Shown one piece after another: positions 21,151 through 30,328 of a stretch of DNA of 64,000 nucleotides. Under the pieces are notes generated by a model. The model did not search any database, had not been told where the DNA came from, and saw nothing but the letters and a program-made list of their open reading frames with translations. The position numbers and the translations under genes are program-made. The first letter of the stretch is position 1. Every line of letters starts with the position of its first letter. The DNA is taken from assembly GCF_056712565.1 (NCBI RefSeq), contig NZ_CM160072.1. One strand, 5' to 3'.

Positions 21151-22230
21151 TTAATGTTGTCTGTCATACCAATACACCAGGCTCAACGCCACCAGCACAA
21201 ACGCTACCGGTAAACCGAGCGCGGTAACAGGTGCGCTCAACGCAAATAGCAATCCCAGATTGACCATGATTTGATAGCTGATCCAGGTGAGTAAACCAAC
21301 GATGACGCCTACAGCGAGACGGCTACCCATCCCTGGCGAGCGCGGGACACTAAAGGTAAACGGCACAGCCAGCAAAATCATCGCCAGAGTCAAGATCGGT
21401 TGCCCCAGTTTTTCCCACAGTGCAAGGTGGTATTCGCTGCTGGGTTGCCCGGTATCCTGCAAATAATGGATGTAATGATTAAGCTGACGGACAGAAAAAG
21501 TATTCCCCGGCATCGATAACTCTTCAAGATTCATACTGGTGAAGGCCGATTGCCAGGCAAGATTATCTAATGTTTCCAGCGTTTCTTTGCCATTCAACCA
21601 TTTTTTATAATTCACACCATGCAGGATCCACGTTTTATCGTCTTCAATGGTGGCACTGCGCGCATAAATGTAGGATTCGAGCGAGAGATCGTCGCGGTAA
21701 TGAAAAATCTCCACGCCCACCGGCTGGCCCTGCTCGTTCAGCGATTTCACCGTCACAAATTCATTACCGCGCCTGGCCCAAAGCATATTGCCGATAATGT
21801 CATTGTCCTCCCCCAACGCGGTGGCAGTCGATTTGATTTGCAGCGCCTGTTGCTGCAATGGTGACGCCACCCACTCATCAATCGCGCCTAACGAAACAGT
21901 CCACAGTATCCCTGCAACCAGCGCCACCAGTGCAATGCGGAAGATAGAAAACCCCGTGCTGCGAATGGCGGTAAGCTCACTGTTTTTCGATAACTGCCCG
22001 AGACCAACAATCCCCCCCAATAACGCGATAAACGGCGAAAGTTCGACCAGTGTGCGCGGTAAGGTCATCAGCACCACCAGCACTGCCTGAGTCCAGCGAT
22101 AACCGCCCGGACTGACATCATCCAGTTCGTTAATCAGGTTGAAGGTGGTAAAAAGCGGCAGCAATAGCCCTGCGGCGGCGGCAAAACCGAGAAAGAGGTG
22201 ACGGATTAAATAGCGACTGAAAACATTCAT
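21151..22230 (-). CDS. LptG-like permease (YjgP/YjgQ family), about 359 aa
   Basis: ORF 21151..22311 trimmed to ATG at 22230 (MNVFSRYLIRHLF) which overlaps upstream stop (ATGA); six-TM permease with large periplasmic loop. Confidence 0.8.
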   Translation of the reverse strand: MNVFSRYLIRHLFLGFAAAAGLLLPLFTTFNLINELDDVSPGGYRWTQAVLVVLMTLPRTLVELSPFIALLGGIVGLGQLSKNSELTAIRSTGFSIFRIALVALVAGILWTVSLGAIDEWVASPLQQQALQIKSTATALGEDNDIIGNMLWARRGNEFVTVKSLNEQGQPVGVEIFHYRDDLSLESYIYARSATIEDDKTWILHGVNYKKWLNGKETLETLDNLAWQSAFTSMNLEELSMPGNTFSVRQLNHYIHYLQDTGQPSSEYHLALWEKLGQPILTLAMILLAVPFTFSVPRSPGMGSRLAVGVIVGLLTWISYQIMVNLGLLFALSAPVTALGLPVAFVLVALSLVYWYDRQH

Positions 22231-23297
22231 CGGGGAAATTTCTGCAGCAAGGAGAAGTCGCGTGCGACCAGCATCAACAGGCCCATTAGCATGAGTCCGG
22301 GCACTAACCACAAACCAGGAATGAGGGGAATCGCGCCGTTAGCCACCAGCGTACGACAGACGTCGCCGCCATAAAAAATGGCAACAAACAGCAACGTCAG
22401 TGGCAGTAGCGTTGAAAATCGCCCCTGCCGCGGTTTTACCCGACTTAATGAAATGGCCAGCAGCGCCATCAACAATGCTGTCAGGCCACGGCTTTGTCGC
22501 CATTGCAGTTCGGCATGATCGGCTGGAAAGACGGAGCGTGCCAGCTCCGTGACCGATTTTGCTTTGCGTTTGACGTTAGGGCTTTGATCCAGCGGATTGA
22601 GATGCAATTGCAGATTACGGTAGATCTGTTCGTTGTCGTCACGCCCCTGATGATCGAGAAGATAGGCGGTACCGTTATGCAACATAACGGTCGGTTTCTC
22701 GGGTGATGGGTCAACCACATCAACCGAACGGGCGCGGAAAATGCGGGTTCGATTGGCAGTAGAAGTATAAATCAGCGCGTCAGTCAGGCGATTATTATCC
22801 TGATCAACCGTCTGCGAAAGGATCATTCGTCCGTTATCGTTAGTGTTAAATTTCTTTGCCCGCAACTGACGAACATCCAGCTCCGACTGCGATTGTTGCT
22901 CCAGTTGATAAATCTGCGCATAAGCCCAGGGACGACCATACATCGACAGAAGGGTGACAAAAATACTTAGCGGTATCGCCAGATAAAGGACGGCTTTGTA
23001 CAAACGTCCCGGACTGCCCCCCGCCGCGGAGATAGCGGTAATTTCCGAGTCGGTATACATTTGCCCTAGCGTCACGCCAACTGACGCATACAGTCCAACA
23101 GGTAACAGCATCTCCAGTGCAATCAGCACTTTGTAGAAAACGATATCCAGCACAACATCAAGAGCTAATGTCCCATTTGCCGCTTCGGTCAGATAACGCT
23201 GTGCGGAGTAGCTGGCGAAAATAAAGATCAGAAAACCGACGATAATCAGCACCAGACGGCGCGTACCACGCATGATGTAGTGTTCAACCAGCTTCAT
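22227..23297 (-). CDS. LptF-like permease (YjgP/YjgQ family), 356 aa
   Basis: Motif MYTDSEITAISAAG resembling LptF LYTESEIT region; polytopic; paired with downstream LptG-like gene. Confidence 0.8.
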   Translation of the reverse strand: MKLVEHYIMRGTRRLVLIIVGFLIFIFASYSAQRYLTEAANGTLALDVVLDIVFYKVLIALEMLLPVGLYASVGVTLGQMYTDSEITAISAAGGSPGRLYKAVLYLAIPLSIFVTLLSMYGRPWAYAQIYQLEQQSQSELDVRQLRAKKFNTNDNGRMILSQTVDQDNNRLTDALIYTSTANRTRIFRARSVDVVDPSPEKPTVMLHNGTAYLLDHQGRDDNEQIYRNLQLHLNPLDQSPNVKRKAKSVTELARSVFPADHAELQWRQSRGLTALLMALLAISLSRVKPRQGRFSTLLPLTLLFVAIFYGGDVCRTLVANGAIPLIPGLWLVPGLMLMGLLMLVARDFSLLQKFPR

Positions 23298-23327
23298 CTC
23301 GCTAACGCCCTCAATCCTTTGAATTTT

Positions 23328-23888
23328 TTATTCATTGATCAGTTTCTGCGCCAGCGCAATGACATGATCTACCTCTTCCGGTGTCAGGCTGCCGTCCTTT
23401 GCCCACTGAATTCGCCCGGCTTTATTCAATACCAGAATGGTTGAACTCTGCTCCGGCAATTGCCAGGCAACGCGTCCCAGACCATTGCCGTCAATAACGA
23501 ATTGCGCCCACGGATAGCGGCGTTTATTTTTTTCGATTTTGCCAACGACAAAATAGCCAGTACCAAAGATGGCATCATCGGTGTTCACAATAGTGGTGGG
23601 CTGAAAACGATCCTGCGAAAAGTTTGCCGCTTCAACCGCTTTAATTAACAGTGAGTTCTTTTTCTTCGCAGACTTACGTCCGGCGATATACTGAATAATG
23701 CGGACTTTTCCCGTCAATTGTGTGCTGTTCCACTTTTGGTAGTGAATTTCGTCGTCGCTATTCAGAAGCAGCTCGCCGCCTTCCTGGATATAAACAGGAG
23801 TAACCGTTTTGCCAGTGACGAAATTGTGTGCCGCCGCGCCTGGCGCTAAGAGTGCGATGATCAGAGCGACAATCCAACGAGATGGCAT
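23328..23888 (-). CDS. YtfJ-family-like periplasmic protein with signal peptide, 186 aa
   Basis: N-terminal signal peptide (IVALIIALLAPGAAA-HN); overall resemblance to YtfJ/HI0045 family from memory. Confidence 0.65.
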   Translation of the reverse strand: MPSRWIVALIIALLAPGAAAHNFVTGKTVTPVYIQEGGELLLNSDDEIHYQKWNSTQLTGKVRIIQYIAGRKSAKKKNSLLIKAVEAANFSQDRFQPTTIVNTDDAIFGTGYFVVGKIEKNKRRYPWAQFVIDGNGLGRVAWQLPEQSSTILVLNKAGRIQWAKDGSLTPEEVDHVIALAQKLINE

Positions 23889-24724
23889 TATTGCTCCGGA
23901 TAGAGTGGGAAACGCGAAATAAGCAGTTCTAAACGCTGGCGAATATCGCTATCCAGCGCCACCGGTGCATCATATGACCGACGGTTATCCATATCATCCG
24001 CCACCATGTCGTCGTGCTTATCCCCCATCAGACCATTAATGGCGGCGAGAAAACGGGAAATCAGTAACGCCTCTTTATTTTCAGGATCAAGCGATCTTAA
24101 GGTGTCGTAATAAGAAACCTGCTGGCTGATGATTTTTCGCACATCATGAAATTCCCTGCCAGTTAGTTGCGGTTTAGCAATAATCTCTTTCAGGATGTAC
24201 ATTTGCTTCTGGCGGTAGGCGATAAAACCGTTCACGGTTTCTAACTGGCCATGGCGCAATGAATAGTTCACCAGCCACCAGACAGGGGAGCTCAAATAAA
24301 CACGTAACAGGTTACCGTAAAACGACACAATATTTTTCTTACCGTTACGAAAGCCATCCTGAAAATGCCCAAGAAAAACGGTCGTTTTGCCGAATAAAAA
24401 TCCGGCCTGATGCTTCTTTAAATACAGCCGTTGCGCAAAACGCAGATGCTTGTAGCGCGCTCGCATGTATTTAAACTGTTTGCGCTCGTCTGTCGTCAGC
24501 TCATCGCCTTTCGCCTGTTTGCGGATTAAACGCAGTAACTCCTGACGATTAACACCATCCAGCCAGAATTTCAGGCATAACGCGTAATTATCATGGATGA
24601 TTTCGGTGGTACAACTTAGTGCGATAGTCGGCGGCAAACTGACCTGTGCATCAACAACATCATCTTCTTCAATCGCAACAAATAGACGCTCGCTCGCCTC
24701 AAGCGGGAAATATTTTCTCATCAT
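23888..24724 (-). CDS. Hypothetical protein, 278 aa, no family recognised
   Basis: ORF translationally coupled on both sides (start overlaps yghQ stop ATGA; stop overlaps next start). Confidence 0.7.
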   Translation of the reverse strand: MMRKYFPLEASERLFVAIEEDDVVDAQVSLPPTIALSCTTEIIHDNYALCLKFWLDGVNRQELLRLIRKQAKGDELTTDERKQFKYMRARYKHLRFAQRLYLKKHQAGFLFGKTTVFLGHFQDGFRNGKKNIVSFYGNLLRVYLSSPVWWLVNYSLRHGQLETVNGFIAYRQKQMYILKEIIAKPQLTGREFHDVRKIISQQVSYYDTLRSLDPENKEALLISRFLAAINGLMGDKHDDMVADDMDNRRSYDAPVALDSDIRQRLELLISRFPLYPEQ

Positions 24725-26073
24725 CAGGATTTCTCTCCGGTTGAGTTATAAAGCAAGGAATGGCGCTGAAAAAATGCCTTTAAGGTCGGAATTAGCGAGA
24801 GCACCACATCCAGACATTGCCCACCGAAGTAAGCAAATGCAGCCCCCAGCACGCCAAACAGATGACAGAACATGAACAGCAATACGATGTAGCCGATTGA
24901 GGCGATGGTTTGCGCCACGAGAAAAGCGCGCTGTTTTCCCGCCATCAATAGCAATGACTCCTGTGGGAAGCCCAGCATCGAAATCACAATTGCGCCCAGC
25001 ATCACCTGAATCAGGTCATACGCTTCGAGATACTTAACGCCAAACACCAGCGAAATGAGCGGCTTGCCGACGATCAACACCGCGAGCGCCACCAGAATAC
25101 CGATTCCGCCCGCCAGTAAACCGGACTTCACGCCTAACAACCACGGTCTGGTGGTGCGTGGATCTAAACGCATCACCTCTGGATAAAAACTTTTGCCCAG
25201 TAAACCCGCTGGCGTTCCGGCGGCATCGAAGAATGTCATGGCGATTTTAAATAACCCGGCGGCAGCGGGTCCTAACACGATCCCCACCAACACTGTGCTG
25301 CACGAGTTACGCGCCGACCAGATGGAGTGGGCAATGTTGGTTGACCAGACAAAACTCCACGCGCCTTTAATGTGTCGGGCAGACTCAAACAGATTCAATT
25401 TGAAGGCGTTATGGATATTTCTGCGGCGTAATTCGCGCGCGGCAAACCACCAGTACATGGTGCCGCCAACCAGATTCGACACGTACCAGGCAATAACAAA
25501 ACCCGCAAAACCAAAGTCAAAATACCAGGCTACGACGCTCCCCGCTGCGCGCAGAAAAGGTTTCGTCGCCTGCTGTACAGCAATCAAATCAAAGCGATCT
25601 ACCGCACGCAGAATGCCGGTCGGCGTGGAGGAAGCCATTGAAGGAATGAGCGTGCAATAGAGCGCCGCCAGCCAAAAGCTTTGGTCATCCAGACCTAATG
25701 AATGGGAAAGGAATGGCAGTAAGGCAATGCCGCCGACAATCGCCACCGCGCCGCTGACGATATCCAGCGAGAAGGAAAATGAGACAACATTGCGAAATTG
25801 CTGCGGATCATTGTTGGTCAAAGCTGGCGTTCCGTACTGAACTACCAGCTGCCATGTCTGAAACTTAATAAAATCGCTGATCGACTTGGCGTACGATTGC
25901 ACAATTACCAGTACGCCAAACATGGCGGGCGTCATCCCTTTACCGGCACACGAGAGCGCCAACAGCCCCAGCAAAGCGCTCACAACATTACTGGAGCCTA
26001 ACCAGGCGCTATTGCGAATAATGGTGCGAAACGCGCCATCTGCAAACCAATGTTTGATGTTAAAAACCGCCAA
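24724..26073 (-). CDS. yghQ: MOP/Wzx-type polysaccharide or lipid flippase, 449 aa, apparently full length
   Basis: 449-aa polytopic membrane protein with multiple predicted TM helices typical of MATE-like MOP flippases. Confidence 0.8.
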   Translation of the reverse strand: MAVFNIKHWFADGAFRTIIRNSAWLGSSNVVSALLGLLALSCAGKGMTPAMFGVLVIVQSYAKSISDFIKFQTWQLVVQYGTPALTNNDPQQFRNVVSFSFSLDIVSGAVAIVGGIALLPFLSHSLGLDDQSFWLAALYCTLIPSMASSTPTGILRAVDRFDLIAVQQATKPFLRAAGSVVAWYFDFGFAGFVIAWYVSNLVGGTMYWWFAARELRRRNIHNAFKLNLFESARHIKGAWSFVWSTNIAHSIWSARNSCSTVLVGIVLGPAAAGLFKIAMTFFDAAGTPAGLLGKSFYPEVMRLDPRTTRPWLLGVKSGLLAGGIGILVALAVLIVGKPLISLVFGVKYLEAYDLIQVMLGAIVISMLGFPQESLLLMAGKQRAFLVAQTIASIGYIVLLFMFCHLFGVLGAAFAYFGGQCLDVVLSLIPTLKAFFQRHSLLYNSTGEKS

Positions 26074-26118
26074 TTCAGCCTGACCTTATCGTTGATAGTA
26101 AAAAGTATCCCGCCAGCC

Positions 26119-26877
26119 TTAAGTTAAACTTCGGCGGTCAGAAACGATGGCAACCAGAGAAACCGCCTTCTGTGCCTGTTCCAGCACCTCGCTGTAAGGC
26201 GCTCTGGAATCAATCTCAAGAATTTTTGTGCCGTTATAGCCAATCGTCGACATAACACCGATTTTGTCCTGCAGCTCGGCATAGTCATGGTCAGGCTTGC
26301 GGGAGATGGCAGTATCAATATCAATCCCCAAGCGAATGATTAATTCAGGACGGTATTGCGCCATTTTTTGGTATAAACGCCGTTCACGCTGCGCCAGAAA
26401 CCTGCTGATTTTCCCGGTCGCACGTTCGACGCCAATCCCCGGTCCGTCATAATAAAAGCCCGAAATTTCAGCCTGCGGGAAGCGATCGCTGACCACCAGA
26501 ACGCCACTTTGCGCCAGTCGCTGAACCTTGCGCAGATTCGCCATTCTTCGCAGCGAGAAGCAGTACATAATCACCGCCGCCCATAGCGCCGGAGATTTGG
26601 TTTTCATGCTTTGGGTTTTCGAGGATTTGGCCGCCAGTCGCCGTTCGAGCCAGACACCAACCAACGGCAATCGTTTGATTTTGTCGCCGTCTTCGCCGGA
26701 GAGCAGCCCCAGATAGCGCCGCTCGGTTTGCCAGTGTTGTTGCAGCGATTTCACCAGGTCATTTGTCAGTGTGGATTTACCGGTGCCATCACACCCGACC
26801 ACCGCAATCAGCCCCGGAATGTAGTTGGGCTGCGGCGCGGTTGTACTCTTAACAGTTTGTGTTTGTAGTGCATCCAT
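26119..26877 (-). CDS. yghR: P-loop NTPase / kinase-like protein, 252 aa
   Basis: Walker A VGCDGTGKST; shared motifs DRFPQ, RLGID, RKPDH with YghS and YghT; start at ATG 26877. Confidence 0.85.
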   Translation of the reverse strand: MDALQTQTVKSTTAPQPNYIPGLIAVVGCDGTGKSTLTNDLVKSLQQHWQTERRYLGLLSGEDGDKIKRLPLVGVWLERRLAAKSSKTQSMKTKSPALWAAVIMYCFSLRRMANLRKVQRLAQSGVLVVSDRFPQAEISGFYYDGPGIGVERATGKISRFLAQRERRLYQKMAQYRPELIIRLGIDIDTAISRKPDHDYAELQDKIGVMSTIGYNGTKILEIDSRAPYSEVLEQAQKAVSLVAIVSDRRSLT

Positions 26878-26908
26878 TCGTTTAATCATCCCCTATCCAT
26901 TTTGGTGA

Positions 26909-27622
26909 TCAGGAAAGCGCGGCGTGAATTGCGCGTAGTGACGCTTGCAGAATTTCATCGGCTGGTTGCCGACCATCCAGTTCAAGGATCCTGGCGCCAT
27001 TGAATGTCAGTTGCGGCGTAACGGCGATTTTTTCCTGTAACGCTGCCAGTTGGTGGTCAGGTTTACGCGCAAACGCGGTTTGTTCATCAATGCCAAGACG
27101 AATCAACAATACAGGCAAATAAGACGCCATCCATTGGTACAGCTTCAGCTCACGCTGCCTTAACATTTTTATCCAACCGTTACCGCCCGTGGTTTTTGCC
27201 AATTGCGGGCCATCAAAGCGGAAACCCGGCACTTCAACCTGCGGGTAGCGGTCGGTGATGAGCAGATAGCCTTGCTGGTTTTTACACAACATTTTGCGAA
27301 ACTTGTACGCCCGCCAGCAGGAAAGCAGATAGATAACCAGCGCAGTAATATTGCCAGGCGGTGTTGAGGGCTTTTCGTGCACATGTGCCGCTTTACTTCG
27401 CAAATAACGCCCAAAAGGTGCGCCAATAACAGGTAGCTGTGAAATCCATTCGCCAATTCGCCCGGACGATTGCCCGAGATAAATGTGTTCTGTTGGCATT
27501 CTTGATGCCAGTTCATTTACCAGGCTTGCCGTGAGGGTCGATTTACCTGAACCATCACATCCTACAATGGCAATAACACGCACTGGCGTGGAATTAATTA
27601 TTGACATATTACGTTGATTCAC
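26909..27622 (-). CDS. yghS: P-loop NTPase / kinase-like protein, 237 aa
   Basis: Walker A VGCDGSGKST; paralogous motifs shared with YghR and YghT. Confidence 0.85.
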   Translation of the reverse strand: MNQRNMSIINSTPVRVIAIVGCDGSGKSTLTASLVNELASRMPTEHIYLGQSSGRIGEWISQLPVIGAPFGRYLRSKAAHVHEKPSTPPGNITALVIYLLSCWRAYKFRKMLCKNQQGYLLITDRYPQVEVPGFRFDGPQLAKTTGGNGWIKMLRQRELKLYQWMASYLPVLLIRLGIDEQTAFARKPDHQLAALQEKIAVTPQLTFNGARILELDGRQPADEILQASLRAIHAALS

Positions 27623-27796
27623 GAAAAACCCGGCAGCAAATAATGTATTGAATATTACGTGGTCCGTGCTCAGAATATCCGTTCAACCTTATTGTGACAA
27701 TGGTTAATTGTGACATTGACCTGAATTACGCTTTCATCAAAAACATATTAACCAAATAAATATTTTGGATGGATATTTAAATTTAAGGATATATTC

Positions 27797-28489
27797 ATGC
27801 AGTCAATAATACCTCCATTAATTGCCGTTATTGGTAGCGATGGTTCAGGCAAGTCAACGGTGTGTGAACATCTTATTACCGTTGTCGAAAAATATGGTGC
27901 TGCCGAAAGGGTTCATTTAGGAAAACAGGCCGGAAATGTCGGTCGTGCAGTGACAAAATTACCGTTGATGGGAAAATCCTTACATAAAACAATTGAACGA
28001 AATCAGGTAAAAACAGCAAAAAAATTGCCTGGACCAGTTCCGGCGCTGGTAATTACAGCGTTTGTCGCCCGTCGCTTACTGCGCTTTCGTCATATGCTTG
28101 CCTGTCGTCGTCGCGGGTTAATTGTTTTAACCGACCGTTATCCGCAGGACCAGATTCCTGGCGCTTATGATGGTACGGTGTTTCCGCCTAACGTTGAAGG
28201 TGGTCGTTTTGTCTCATGGCTGGCAAGTCAGGAACGTAAAGCATTTCACTGGATGGCGAGCCACAAGCCCGATCTGGTCATCAAACTCAATGTTGACCTT
28301 GAAGTTGCCTGCGCGCGTAAACCCGACCATAAACGGGAATCGCTGGCGAGGAAGATTGCCATAACGCCACAGTTAACCTTTGGTGGTGCACAACTGGTTG
28401 ATATCGACGCCAATCAGCCACTGGAAAAGGTGCTGGTTGATGCAGAAAAAGCGATTACGGATTTTATGACCGCGCGTGGTTATCACTAG
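27797..28489 (+). CDS. yghT: P-loop NTPase / kinase-like protein, 230 aa
   Basis: Walker [11 protein letters not shown]; paralogous motifs DRYPQ, KLNVD, RKPDH. Confidence 0.85.
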   Translation: MQSIIPPLIAVIGSDGSGKSTVCEHLITVVEKYGAAERVHLGKQAGNVGRAVTKLPLMGKSLHKTIERNQVKTAKKLPGPVPALVITAFVARRLLRFRHMLACRRRGLIVLTDRYPQDQIPGAYDGTVFPPNVEGGRFVSWLASQERKAFHWMASHKPDLVIKLNVDLEVACARKPDHKRESLARKIAITPQLTFGGAQLVDIDANQPLEKVLVDAEKAITDFMTARGYH

Positions 28490-28537
28490 TGAAAAATGGA
28501 AATGCCCGATCGCCAGGACCGGGCATTTTCAGGAAGG

Positions 28538-30037
28538 TTAAATCAACTGCAATGCTATCCAGTACAACCCACCAGAAAGAAAAATCGCCGCCGGTAAAGT
28601 AAATACCCACGCCATCAGGATGCTGGTTACCGTTTTACGCTGTAACCCACCGCCGTCCACCACCATCGTTCCTGCTACGGCAGATGAGAGTACGTGTGTT
28701 GTGGAGACGGGCATCCCAATATAACTGGCAAGGCCGATAGACACTGCCGCCGTCATTTGTGCCGCCATGCCTTGCGCATACGTCATGCCGCGCTTACCAA
28801 TCTTCTCACCGATGGTCATCGCTACACGACGCCAGCCAATCATGGTGCCGATGCCGAGCGCCAGTGCTACCGCCATGATGATCCATACCGGTGCGTACTC
28901 AATGGTGCTTAACATATCGCTGCGCAGTTTTTTCAGCAGGTTCTGGTCTTCTTTACTGACGCCTGGCAGTTTCGCCAGCTTCGCGGAGGTATCAGAGATG
29001 CACAGCATAATGCGGCGCAGCTGGCTGCGCTGACTCACGCTTAACGGCTCGTAACTTTCCATATTGCCTGGCAGCATCGTTTTAACGCGCGCAATCGCAT
29101 CAAAGGTATTTGCCGGATGACAGTGAAACTCCGTCACTTGCGCGCCATCAGTCGATGCCGCAGGCAATGGAGGTTCCATCGTAATCAACTTCTGCGGCAG
29201 TTCAGGATGCTGTTGCAGGTAGTGTTCGAAGTTGGTGACGGCATCGCGGGTACGGGTAATTTCATAGCCGGACGCATTCATATTGACGACAAACCCGGCG
29301 GGAGCAATCCCCACCAGCACCAGCATCACCAGACCAATTCCTTTCTGCCCGTCGTTCGCGCCGTGCGAAAACGCCACGCCCGCAGCGGAAACAATGAGGG
29401 CAATACGCGTCCAGAATGGCGGCTTACGTTTGCCTTTTTTCTTTTTGCGATCTTCAGGAATACGATGAATACGGTCACGCTTTTTCGTCCCACTCCAGAA
29501 ACGGCGTAGCAGAAAAATTAGCCCCCCCGCAATCACCAGCCCCACGATGGGAGAGACAATGAGTGAAGAGAAAATCTTGGTGACTTCGCGCAGGTTTAAC
29601 GCATCCATCACCGACGAGCCGGTTAACAGCGCGTTGGTTAAACCAATGCCGATAATCGCACCAATCAAAGTGTGCGAACTGGAGGCCGGTAAACCAAAGA
29701 ACCACGTTCCCAGGTTCCAGATAATCGCCGCCAGCAGCATGGAAAAGACCATCGCCAGACCGTGAGTTGACCCCATATTCAGCAACAAATCGGTTGGCAA
29801 CATATGGACGATGGCATAGGCAACGCTAAGCCCGCCAAGCAATACGCCAAAAAAGTTAAAAAATGCCGCCATGACCACAGCAAGCTGTGGTTGCATGGCA
29901 CGGGTATAAATAACGGTTGCCACCGCATTCGCCGTGTCATGAAAACCATTGATTGCTTCATAGAACAACACAAATGCCAGAGCAAGTAATAACAAAAGCC
30001 CCGTATATATATCAAGGCCAACAAATAAATTTAGCAT
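28538..30037 (-). CDS. pitB: Low-affinity inorganic phosphate transporter (PiT family), 499 aa
   Basis: 499-aa PiT-family membrane protein with internal lysine-rich cytoplasmic loop (KKKKGKRKP). Confidence 0.9.
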   Translation of the reverse strand: MLNLFVGLDIYTGLLLLLALAFVLFYEAINGFHDTANAVATVIYTRAMQPQLAVVMAAFFNFFGVLLGGLSVAYAIVHMLPTDLLLNMGSTHGLAMVFSMLLAAIIWNLGTWFFGLPASSSHTLIGAIIGIGLTNALLTGSSVMDALNLREVTKIFSSLIVSPIVGLVIAGGLIFLLRRFWSGTKKRDRIHRIPEDRKKKKGKRKPPFWTRIALIVSAAGVAFSHGANDGQKGIGLVMLVLVGIAPAGFVVNMNASGYEITRTRDAVTNFEHYLQQHPELPQKLITMEPPLPAASTDGAQVTEFHCHPANTFDAIARVKTMLPGNMESYEPLSVSQRSQLRRIMLCISDTSAKLAKLPGVSKEDQNLLKKLRSDMLSTIEYAPVWIIMAVALALGIGTMIGWRRVAMTIGEKIGKRGMTYAQGMAAQMTAAVSIGLASYIGMPVSTTHVLSSAVAGTMVVDGGGLQRKTVTSILMAWVFTLPAAIFLSGGLYWIALQLI

Positions 30038-30278
30038 ATATTAGATTACGCCATTTTGAATTTACGAACGGAGGCATTATCAGTGACTTTCACGGCGTGG
30101 GCAAAGTGAAATATCATTTTTTAACGATAAAAAGCGTGTTATTTCTTGTGTATCAGACAATAAGCCTTCATTCAAAACCTTTAGAAATAATCAAAACACA
30201 GGTATTTCACTTGTTAATATATTCATATATAAAATGAATAAATATTGAAATATATAAATATTGAATATTTTGATTAAT

Positions 30279-30313
30279 CCCCGTACTGATTATTCTTCAT
30301 AATCAGTACGGGG
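30279..30313. terminator. Perfect 15-bp palindrome (ccccgtactgattat tcttc ataatcagtacgggg), likely gss terminator / pitB upstream element
   Basis: Perfect inverted repeat with 5-nt loop 16 bp downstream of the gss stop; flanked by AT-rich sequence. Confidence 0.5.
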
Positions 30314-30328
30314 TTGCTACAACATGTA

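Noticed and set aside
16659..28489. Possibility that the yghO-yghT accessory segment is a mobile element or prophage remnant
   Set aside because: No integrase, transposase, tRNA attachment site, phage structural gene or flanking direct repeat was found; gene content is metabolic and envelope-related, so it is reported as an accessory locus only
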